Source of the DNA: a bacterium
GTDB taxonomy: Bacteria > Acidobacteriota > Blastocatellia > HR10
Length of the DNA stretch: 15,491 nt
Assembly: GCA_041640655.1 (NCBI GenBank)
Contig: JBEPZV010000053.1
Location: forward strand, 1-15,491
Direction: 5' to 3'
Positions 1-7,224 of the stretch are shown here, in pieces (positions within the stretch are counted from its first letter, which is position 1; the number at the start of each line of letters is the position of its first letter). The position numbers and the translations under genes were made by a program. The notes under the pieces are model-generated. The model worked only from the letters and a program-made list of their open reading frames with translations. It had not been told where the DNA came from and searched no databases.

Positions 1-66
1 GTCCACCCGACCTTCGTCCATCGCGCGACGGACGGCAGGAGATCGAGGGAGGAGCGGGGGCGTCAT
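1..66 (-). CDS. 5' end of an unidentified gene running off the left edge (MTPPLLPRSPAVRRAMDEGRVD...)
   Basis: ATG at 66-64 on the minus strand, preceded by GAGGAG and open to the window edge. A sigma-54-type promoter points at it. Too short to assign a function. Confidence 0.6.
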   Translation of the reverse strand, partial: MTPPLLPRSPAVRRAMDEGRVD

Positions 67-131
67 GATTCTCCTCACTCGACCCTTCCCTACCGTCCGT
101 GCTCTCCCCACCTTCCCGACTGATGGGTATT

Positions 132-147
132 TGCAATTTGCGTGCCG
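132..147 (-). promoter_or_regulatory. sigma-54 (RpoN) -24/-12 promoter
   Basis: The minus strand reads CGGCACG-CAAA-TTGCA against consensus TGGCACG-N4-TTGCW, with exact GG-N10-GC spacing. It lies about 65 nt upstream of the ATG at 66. Confidence 0.75.
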
Positions 148-356
148 CAGGAGCCCCGGCGTCGCCCGTGCTTCGCACAAAGACGCAGAGCCCTCACGCA
201 CGAAGAATTACGCGACAATGGCGTGGACGGTCGGGCGCTCATCCCTTCCCCGCTGCTGTGGCGTTCTGGCGCAGGGCGGCAAAACTGCCTCACTTGGATC
301 CGTCGAAAGATGATTCGACTCCCGCCTGCTCCGAGGATGCGTCAAGTGATATGCCC

Positions 357-386
357 TTGAGCATGAGCGCGAGCCTGCGATATGAT
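357..386 (+). promoter_or_regulatory. Putative sigma-70 promoter for the lysE-bpsA-VIT1 operon
   Basis: TTGAGC (357-362), 18-nt spacer, TATGAT (381-386), just upstream of in-frame ATGs at 400 and 406. Confidence 0.45.
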
Positions 387-399
387 TACAACCCGCCGT

Positions 400-1032
400 A
401 TGGGCATGGAATATGTCGCATGGCTGTGCCTCGGATTGGTCCTTGGCCTCATGTCCTCGATGCCCATTGGGCCGATTAACCTGGCCTTCGCGATGATGAT
501 GACTCGTGGACAGGGGCGAGAAAGCTCGGTCCTTGCTGCCACCGTCGCTCTCCTGGATGGCGGCTGCGCTTTCGCCGCCCTCTCGATGATGGCTTCGAGT
601 CGCCTTCCCCTCGCCTCATCTCTCCCCCTCCCCGTAGAGATCGTCGCCTGCGCGCTCGTGATCGGATACGGGGTTTCCCTGCTCATCCCCCGTTCGGCGC
701 TACCATCTCCACCCGCAGTCGCCTGGCGCATGCGAAAGGCGGTGGCCGCAGCGGCCCTCGGCGCTGCTCTCTACGTGCTGAATCCGGCATTCGTCGCCTT
801 CTGGTTCAGCACGGCGCTCACCCTGCGAGCGACAGCTCCGACGATCGCATTGCTGACCCACCGGATATGCTTCGCCATCGGCGCGAGCATGGGGGTCGGA
901 ATGTGGTTTGCTGCACTTCGCGAACTGCTCCGTCATCATCCATTCCCGCTGCCCATCGCACACCGTATGGCGCAAGGGATGGGAATCGTGCTCATCGGAT
1001 TGGGGGCGTATCTCATGGTGAAACGCTTGTGA
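400..1032 (+). CDS. LysE/RhtB-family translocator (membrane exporter)
   Basis: Hydrophobic protein with N-terminal GLVLGLMSSMPIGPINL (LysE PxGP motif), internal LNPAFVAFW (LysE NP motif) and about 6 TM segments. The start is uncertain (382, 400 or 406). Confidence 0.8.
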   Translation: MGMEYVAWLCLGLVLGLMSSMPIGPINLAFAMMMTRGQGRESSVLAATVALLDGGCAFAALSMMASSRLPLASSLPLPVEIVACALVIGYGVSLLIPRSALPSPPAVAWRMRKAVAAAALGAALYVLNPAFVAFWFSTALTLRATAPTIALLTHRICFAIGASMGVGMWFAALRELLRHHPFPLPIAHRMAQGMGIVLIGLGAYLMVKRL

Positions 1033-2066
1033 GCATGGGACGTAAGTGGCGGAACGCCTCCTCGGGATCCTCTGCGGATTCCTCCGATTTATCGAGACGG
1101 GGTGGAAGCGCTTTGACTGCAGCGCCTTCTCCGGCGACGGTCTCGCATCTGCGTCAGTCCCTTCGTTTCGCAGACGAACCAGAGCGCGCTCGCGTGGAGG
1201 CCGCGCTCGAACGAGCCAAGCGCTGGGCGCGAAGGCTGGGCCTGCACTGCGTATTTCATGAAATTCGGACGTTCGTGGAGACGGAGAACGAAGCGCTCCT
1301 GGAAGCGCTCTTCACTCAAGGGGAGACCTTCCTCCAGCGGCCTGAGGAAGAAGCACCCCCATCGGCGTCTGAGGCGCTGCAGGTGGTCGCCTCGCTGCAG
1401 AAGCGCTTGCGCGTGAAGTCGCACGCGTTGCATCAGCTCCCGTGCACGCCCGCCACGACCGTGAAACGCGCCGAGTTGATCCGCTCGTACGCAACGACAG
1501 GGAGTCGCATCCTCTGCCTCGGCGACGACGACTTCGTGAGCGTCGCGTTGGCTCTGCTGCTTCCGAACGAGATCACCGCCCTTGATCTCGATCCCGAAGT
1601 CCTCGAATTGATCACAGCAGCGGCGCACGAGCGACAGCTTCGCATCACCTGTCGGCGCGTGGACCTTCGAGGCCCTCTCCCGGAGGACTTAAAAGAAGCC
1701 TATGATATCGTGATCACCGACCCGATCTACGCCGTGCCGGACATGGTGCTCTTCCTCTCGGCCGCCGAAGCGTGCCTTCGCAAGGCGCCGACCTCATACC
1801 TCTTCACGGGATGCTCGCGCGCGCTGGCGGGTCGCTCGTGGGCGAAGATCGAGGAGTGGGCGGCGGCCCACGGACTCACCCTCACGGCTTTTTTCCCGGG
1901 TTTCAACGCGTACCCGAAGACCAGGCGCCTCCGCTTCTTCCTGAATCTGGCCGAGCGCCTTCTCCTGCGCTCGCCTCTTTCGCGCGCGTGCGTTGACCTG
2001 CCGTATCTGTATTCCGATTACGCCGTCTTTCGCTTCCACGGGGAACCCTTCACACCGAGCCCGTGA
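1029..2066 (+). CDS. bpsA: BpsA-like protein (N4-bis(aminopropyl)spermidine synthase / DUF43 family, SAM-fold aminopropyltransferase)
   Basis: The ordered motifs HQLPCTPATTVKRA, ILCLGDDDFVSVALAL, ALDLD, VDLRGPLPE, YDIVITDP and GFNAY parallel Thermococcales BpsA (DQxxxTPETTVAR, LGDDDLTS, LDID, DLRxPLP, FDTFITDP, NFNEY). A GTG at 1029 overlaps the lysE stop (GTGA); the alternative start is ATG 1035. The ORF-track extension to 867 overlaps lysE and is unlikely. Confidence 0.75.
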   Translation: MSMGRKWRNASSGSSADSSDLSRRGGSALTAAPSPATVSHLRQSLRFADEPERARVEAALERAKRWARRLGLHCVFHEIRTFVETENEALLEALFTQGETFLQRPEEEAPPSASEALQVVASLQKRLRVKSHALHQLPCTPATTVKRAELIRSYATTGSRILCLGDDDFVSVALALLLPNEITALDLDPEVLELITAAAHERQLRITCRRVDLRGPLPEDLKEAYDIVITDPIYAVPDMVLFLSAAEACLRKAPTSYLFTGCSRALAGRSWAKIEEWAAAHGLTLTAFFPGFNAYPKTRRLRFFLNLAERLLLRSPLSRACVDLPYLYSDYAVFRFHGEPFTPSP

Positions 2067-2096
2067 TCCGTTGAGACCATCAGGAGGAGATCCGCG

Positions 2097-2792
2097 ATGC
2101 CCACGATCCCTCATATGGAGCGACACTTCCGCGGAGCACAGACGATTCGCGACATCGTCATCGGCATGTCCGACGGACTCACAGTCCCCTTCGCCCTGGC
2201 GGCTGGGCTCTCGGGCGTCGGCACCTCGACGAGCATCATCGTCACGGCCGGTCTGGCCGAGATCGCCGCCGGCGCCATCGCCATGGGACTTGGCGGGTAT
2301 CTGGCCGCGAAGACGGAGCTCGAACACTACGTGGCCGAACGCATGCGCGAGCAGCGGGAGACCGAGAGAATCCCCGAAGAGGAAGCCGAAGAGGTCGCTC
2401 AGATCTTCCGCCACTACGGGCTCGCCGAGGAGCAGATCGCGCCGCTGGTCGCCGCGATCCGCTCCGACCCTGAACGCTGGGTGGACTTCATGATGCGCTT
2501 CGAGCTGGGACTGGAAGCGCCCGACCCTGTGCGCGCGCGAAGGAGTGCATTCACGATCGGGTTCTCCTATATCGCCGGCGGGCTCATTCCTCTCTTTCCG
2601 TATATGCTTCTTGAACACGTCCTCACGGCGCTCGGCCTCTCGGTTCTCATCACGCCGCTGGCGCTCTTTCTCTTCGGATATATCAAGGGGCGGCTGACGG
2701 GAATCCGACCGTGGCGCAGCGCCCTTCAGACTCTGTCCATCGGTGGACTCGCCGCGACGGCCGCCTTCCTGATCGCGCGCGCGATCGGATAA
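2097..2792 (+). CDS. VIT1/CCC1 family Fe2+/Mn2+ transporter
   Basis: RDIVIGMSDGLTVPFALAAG, GLAEIAAGAIAMGLGGYLA, Glu-rich cytosolic segment, FMMRFELG and GGLIPLFPY. Strong RBS AGGAGGAG at 2082-2089. Confidence 0.95.
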   Translation: MPTIPHMERHFRGAQTIRDIVIGMSDGLTVPFALAAGLSGVGTSTSIIVTAGLAEIAAGAIAMGLGGYLAAKTELEHYVAERMREQRETERIPEEEAEEVAQIFRHYGLAEEQIAPLVAAIRSDPERWVDFMMRFELGLEAPDPVRARRSAFTIGFSYIAGGLIPLFPYMLLEHVLTALGLSVLITPLALFLFGYIKGRLTGIRPWRSALQTLSIGGLAATAAFLIARAIG

Positions 2793-2806
2793 CAGGGCGC
2801 GATCCG

Positions 2807-3232
2807 TCACTCACGGCGGCGCTCGATGATTCGCTCCAAATGCTCGATCAAGACCAGGAGTGCCTCGATCTCCGGATCCAACGTCTGCTTCAATTGAGGA
2901 GCGACCTCCCCATATCCCCTCAGCTTGCTCGCGCGACAATCCGAGAGCGTGGCCCAGAAGTGCGAGAAGTATCCGCGCAAGAGACTCCGCACATCCCTCC
3001 GATGCGGTTCCAGATGAAAGGCCTCGCGAAGACGGCGCAGCCGATGCCGAATCTGCACGATCGTCGCCCGAATTCGGGATTCCTCCTCAGGCGTGAGATC
3101 ACTCGTCAGCTCGAACATCTCGCCCCGCGGGAGATCGGCGGAGAGATAATTCCGCTCCACCTCCAAGAGGGCGCGATCGAGAAGCCCGAGGCTCACTTCC
3201 AGGCGCCGTCGCTGGTGCTCATTGAGGGCCAT
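2807..3232 (-). CDS. Conserved-type helical hypothetical protein (LNEHQRRRL...KLRGYGEV), resembling the N-terminal domain of some bacterial dynamin-like proteins
   Basis: 141 aa amphipathic helical ORF with an AGGAGG RBS, overlapping the upstream HEAT gene by 14 nt. The family resemblance is from recall and was not searched. Confidence 0.75.
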   Translation of the reverse strand: MALNEHQRRRLEVSLGLLDRALLEVERNYLSADLPRGEMFELTSDLTPEEESRIRATIVQIRHRLRRLREAFHLEPHRRDVRSLLRGYFSHFWATLSDCRASKLRGYGEVAPQLKQTLDPEIEALLVLIEHLERIIERRRE

Positions 3233-3626
3233 GGGCGTTTCCCTCCTCTTGCGGAAACTGCGCGAGCGCTCGTTCCGCCGCCCGCCTCACGCGCAACGCC
3301 CCCTGCGTCACACAGCGGGTCAGAAACGGCCGCGCGCGCGTGTCCCCGATCTCTCCGAGGGCTTCCACCACCGATTCGATCACGTATGGGTCTGCAGTCC
3401 GCTCTCCCAGGTCCAGCAGCGCGGGAACAGCCTCACGAGCTTTCAATCGGCCCAAAATCCAGGCGGCGCGCCTCACCGTCTGAGATTCCGGATGGCGCAA
3501 CGCCGAAATGAGCTTCTCCACATAGCGCGCCGAGCGCGAGTACCGCGCGATATCCATCCCACAGCTCGGACAGACGCGAAGCCGCGCGTCTACCTCCCGC
3601 CAGCACCCCGGGCAGAAGAAGACCAT
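3219..3626 (-). CDS. Zinc-ribbon + HEAT/PBS-lyase repeat protein
   Basis: Starts MVFFCPGCW...CPSCG (two CxxC), followed by HEAT repeats (VRRAAWILGRL, AVPALL, VVEALGEIGD, VRRAAERAL). The ATG at 3626 follows GAGGAGG. The ORF-track start at 3677 lies inside the terminator. Confidence 0.85.
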   Translation of the reverse strand: MVFFCPGCWREVDARLRVCPSCGMDIARYSRSARYVEKLISALRHPESQTVRRAAWILGRLKAREAVPALLDLGERTADPYVIESVVEALGEIGDTRARPFLTRCVTQGALRVRRAAERALAQFPQEEGNAHGPQ

Positions 3627-3659
3627 CTCTTCCTCCTCCCCCAGCCTCGCCAGGACACT

Positions 3660-3700
3660 AAAACAGAAGACTCCCACTTGGAACGGCCCAGGTAGGAGTC
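3660..3700 (-). terminator. Intrinsic terminator forming the riboswitch expression platform
   Basis: Minus strand GACTCCTAC-C-TGG-gccgtt-CCA-A-GTGGGAGTC followed by TTCTGTTTT. The 5' arm is the 3' end of the aptamer. Confidence 0.85.
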
Positions 3701-3747
3701 ATCAGCCCCGAATCCCTTCGAGGCGGTTCCCGGCGGACTCCATCGCC
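3692..3747 (-). ncRNA. Fluoride riboswitch (crcB motif) aptamer
   Basis: Minus strand GGCGATGGAGTCCGCC-GGGAACC-GCCTCGAAGGGATTCGGGGC-TGATGACTCCTAC. P1 is GGCG/CGCC, the pseudoknot is GGAGTC/GACTCC, P2 is GCCTCGAA/TTCGGGGC, and the conserved GATG and TGATG...CTAC nucleotides are present. Confidence 0.95.
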
Positions 3748-3756
3748 AAAGCGGAA

Positions 3757-3762
3757 ATTATA
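3757..3762 (-). promoter_or_regulatory. -10 box of the riboswitch-led transcript
   Basis: Perfect TATAAT on the minus strand 9 nt upstream of the aptamer's first G. The -35 match is weak. Confidence 0.7.
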
Positions 3763-4352
3763 CTCTGTGTCTCTCTGGGGGAGAAACCGTCTTTTGAGCA
3801 CCAGGCCGAGCTCGTCGCATGACAGAAGGCGACGGCTGGCGAACTTGCTCGTGGTAGAGGAGTGTGATACATTATCGTACGTGCTGAATCTGCGGATCGG
3901 TCGAAGGCTCGTCCTTCTCGCGGCGATCAGCGCGACCCTGTATTGTGCTCGCTCTTTCCTCTCGCCAAATGGGGTACTCATCGCGCCCCCGGCGATAGGA
4001 CCTGCCTTCGCTGATCGAACGAGCGAACATGCGTTCTCCCCATGGTCGCCCTTTGAGGGGGATCAGCTCGGCCCTCTTCCTAAGGCGAACGATCTCGCCA
4101 CTGGCCCCCACCGAACAGCGGCCATCCACGGTACAGCGCATCTTGCGTTCGTCACTCCTTTTCTGAAGCTTCGGGCTGGGAAAGAGAGTCCCCGAAGTTC
4201 GTGCTGGCGCCTACTCACTCAAGACCTCAGTGAGAGAAGCCCTCCCATGGTTCTTCTTTGACCCCGGTCACATACTCCCAGTGCATCGGTGACACTTCAG
4301 AGCGGGAGGGGAAGATCTCTCCTCCTGTCACGATCGGAGTGGGAGGGCATGT

Positions 4353-5423
4353 ATGGAAGGCGCTCGACTCTTTGAGCCGCTGGAATCGGAATCACTGGCG
4401 ATCCGACTCCTCCGAGCGATCGGAGAGAGTTGGCGAGAGATTCGAGAAGATCCCACGGGCTTTCTCAAGACCCTCTTCGGCATCGAAGAAGAACCGCTCT
4501 GGAAGAGACTTCGGCGCGGCGCGCGCGACCACTGGAGGGAATTCCGCGCGGACCCGAGAGGTTACTTCCGCTTCCTGCTCAGTATGGGCGAGCCACGGGA
4601 GAGAAGGTGGCGCGTCCTCCTCGTGAGCAGCCTCCTGTATGTGGTGGTGATCCTCGCTCTCCTCGCCTTCGAGCGAGCGAGATTCGCCACCCCCCCACCG
4701 GCAGCTTCGATCATCGCCAAGGAATCCATCACACTGATCGAACCGTTGCCTCCGCCGCCCCTCTATGCGCCACAGCGAAAGGAACGAGCGGGAGGTGGAG
4801 GGGGAGGGGGAAGAAAGGAGCCTCATCCGCCTTCATTCGGGAGGCTTCCAAAAGCCGAATTACGTCCCCCCATTGTGGCCCCGAGTCCCCATCTCCCTGA
4901 GATCAGACAGCCCTCTCTCCCCGTCCTCCCCACCATCATGGCGCAGCCCGAGCTTCTCCCGAAACTCGACCTCAGTCTCCCCTTAGGAGACCCAACGAGC
5001 CGCTCCTCTATCCCCTCATCGGGGCCGGGGACCGGAGGCGGTATAGGGACAGGTTCTGGAGGCGGCGTTGGTCCTGGCCAAGGGGTTGGCTATGGCCCCG
5101 GAGAAGGTTGGAATACGGGCGGTGGAGCACCCCGGATCGGGGGAGGAGACCTTGCCAGTCGTCCCGTCATCACGTTCAAACCCCGACCAGAATGGACGGA
5201 AGAAGCGCGTCGCAATCGAATCGAAGGGACCGTGGTCCTGAGCGCCACCTTCGGGGCGGATGGGAGGATCAAGCATGTCCGCATCCTCCGCGGCTTAGGA
5301 TATGGCTTGGATGAGAAGGCCATCGAGGCCGCTTTGAAAATTCGATTCATCCCAGCGCGGGATGCCCGCGGGAATCCGATCGATTGGCGAGGCGTGATCT
5401 ACGTCGAATTCCATCTCCTGTGA
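4353..5423 (+). CDS. TonB-family energy transducer protein
   Basis: One TM helix, Pro- and Gly-rich linker (GGGGGG, GPGTGGGIGTGSGGG) and C-terminal TonB_C domain (KPRPEWTEEARRNRIEGTVVL...GLGYGLDEKAIEAALKIRFIPA). RBS GGAGGG. Confidence 0.92.
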   Translation: MEGARLFEPLESESLAIRLLRAIGESWREIREDPTGFLKTLFGIEEEPLWKRLRRGARDHWREFRADPRGYFRFLLSMGEPRERRWRVLLVSSLLYVVVILALLAFERARFATPPPAASIIAKESITLIEPLPPPPLYAPQRKERAGGGGGGGRKEPHPPSFGRLPKAELRPPIVAPSPHLPEIRQPSLPVLPTIMAQPELLPKLDLSLPLGDPTSRSSIPSSGPGTGGGIGTGSGGGVGPGQGVGYGPGEGWNTGGGAPRIGGGDLASRPVITFKPRPEWTEEARRNRIEGTVVLSATFGADGRIKHVRILRGLGYGLDEKAIEAALKIRFIPARDARGNPIDWRGVIYVEFHLL

Positions 5424-5430
5424 GGAATCT

Positions 5431-5628
5431 ATGTCTGAAATGGGGTCTCGACAACGCATGAGTTTTTGGGGCGTCCTCTCCATATTCACCTTGGGCGGGG
5501 TCATCTATGTCCTCATCGAACGGGGGTATTTCCTTCTCCTCTATGCTCTGGCGACCGGCGCCCTCTGCCTCTTCCTGATCGTCGTCGCCTTCGACATCGG
5601 CTTGGACCGTGCGGGACGCGAGGAGTGA
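5431..5628 (+). CDS. Small two-TM membrane protein, unknown function
   Basis: 65 aa with two hydrophobic helices and GAGGA upstream. It fills the gap between tonB (7 nt) and the APC gene (33 nt). Confidence 0.65.
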   Translation: MSEMGSRQRMSFWGVLSIFTLGGVIYVLIERGYFLLLYALATGALCLFLIVVAFDIGLDRAGREE

Positions 5629-5661
5629 GCAAGAGAAGCATTCCTTCAGGAGTAGGATGCC

Positions 5662-7194
5662 ATGAGCGAAATCTCCACAGCACCTCAACGCCCGCGGCTT
5701 CGACGCGAAGTCACGATTTGGGGCTCCTTCTGCTGGGGATATGCCGATGTCGGAGCGGACGTCTACGTCGCGCTCGGATTGGTGATGGCCGCTGCTCACG
5801 GCGGTACCCCACTGGCATTCGCAATCGCCGGGGTCGTCTATGTCCTGGTGGGATTGACGTACACGGAGCTGGCTTCGACTTACCCATCGGCGGGCGGAGG
5901 CCAGTACTTCACGTTGCGAGGATTGGGAGATTTCTGGGGTCTCATCGCCGGCGCCGCCCTGATGCTCGATTACACCGTTGATGTCGCCCTCTTCGCCATG
6001 GCTTCGGCCGGTTACATCAACTTCTTCTTCCCCCCGGTTCGCGAATTCGCGATGACCCTAGGGCCCTTCCACAACGTCAACCTCATCTGGCTCATAGAGA
6101 CGCTCGGTCTGATCATCTTTCTGACCATCCTCAATATCAAGGGGATCCGCGAGTCTGCTCTCTTCAACGAGATCCTCGGAGCTCTGGACCTGGTCATGGA
6201 GACCACCATCATCGTGATCGGCTTCGCTTTCGCCTGGAAGCCCGAACACTTCCTGCATCAGTGGAGGACCGAGTTCCCAGGGTGGCATGATCTGCTCTAC
6301 GGCACTTCGATCGCGGTGATCTCTTACGTCGGCCTCGAATCCGTCTCCCAGGCGGCTCAGGAAACGGTCCGTCCAGGTACGGTGATTCCGCGGACGTCGC
6401 TCACTCTGGTCGGAGTGGTCTTGCTCTTCGCCTTGGCCTTCCCCACAGTCTCGCTGGGGATCGTCTCATGGCAAGAGATCGCGGCCCGCGAGGGGGATCC
6501 GGTCGCCCTGCTGGCGAGCAAACTCCCCCTCGTCGGGTTCCTCGCTGGTCCGATCGCTGCCGTGTTGGCGGCAACCATCGTGCTTATCTCCGCCAACACG
6601 GGCGTCATGGGAGCCAGTCGCTTGGCGTTCAATATGGCGGAGCTCGGTCTGGTGAGCGAGCGACTCGCCCACGTACATCCCCGGTTTCATACCCCCGTTC
6701 GCGCCATCGTCCTGTTCTCGGGAATTGCCGCCGTGGAAGCGATCTTCGCTTTCCTCAGCGGCCACCGGGCGATGGAGACGATGGCGAATATGTATGCCTT
6801 CGGTGCTATGCTGGCTTACTTGCTGAGTGTCATCGCCTTGCTCGCTTTACGGATCAAAGAGCCCCACGTGCCCCGCCCGTATTTCGTTCCCCTCAACGTG
6901 CGCTTCCGAGATCGTAGCATCCCAATCCTGGGAGTAGTGGGCATCCTGGGCACAGCACTGATGGTCGTCCTCGTGCTGTGGACGCACGAGCTCGCGCGCG
7001 TCGCCGGCCCACTTTGGGTGATGGGGTGGATCTGCTACTACGCAATCTACAGACGCCGGATGGGGAGACCGATTTGGCGGAGCCTCCCCCGGGATTGGGA
7101 GACACAGCATCTCCTCCTCCTAGAGGAGGCCGAGGAGTGGGACTCTCTGGAATCGTTCAGGAATGAACTGAAGCGGAGGGCGAAGAGGAGATGA
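5662..7194 (+). CDS. APC superfamily permease (amino acid/polyamine/cation)
   Basis: About 12 TM segments; YTELASTYPSAGGGQYF, SYVGLES, ASRLAFNMA and HPRFHTPVRAI are typical APC motifs. RBS AGGAG. Confidence 0.92.
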   Translation: MSEISTAPQRPRLRREVTIWGSFCWGYADVGADVYVALGLVMAAAHGGTPLAFAIAGVVYVLVGLTYTELASTYPSAGGGQYFTLRGLGDFWGLIAGAALMLDYTVDVALFAMASAGYINFFFPPVREFAMTLGPFHNVNLIWLIETLGLIIFLTILNIKGIRESALFNEILGALDLVMETTIIVIGFAFAWKPEHFLHQWRTEFPGWHDLLYGTSIAVISYVGLESVSQAAQETVRPGTVIPRTSLTLVGVVLLFALAFPTVSLGIVSWQEIAAREGDPVALLASKLPLVGFLAGPIAAVLAATIVLISANTGVMGASRLAFNMAELGLVSERLAHVHPRFHTPVRAIVLFSGIAAVEAIFAFLSGHRAMETMANMYAFGAMLAYLLSVIALLALRIKEPHVPRPYFVPLNVRFRDRSIPILGVVGILGTALMVVLVLWTHELARVAGPLWVMGWICYYAIYRRRMGRPIWRSLPRDWETQHLLLLEEAEEWDSLESFRNELKRRAKRR

Positions 7195-7224
7195 ACGCCT
7201 CCCCCTTCAGGAATGTCCTCCGCC

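Noticed and set aside
867..1028. N-terminal extension of the BpsA-like ORF
   Set aside because: It overlaps lysE in another frame. The GTGA coupling at 1029 or the ATG at 1035 is a better start.
3658..4261. ORFs 3658-3981 (-) and 3767-4261 (+)
   Set aside because: The first runs through the riboswitch and its promoter. Neither has a recognisable domain or protein-like composition.
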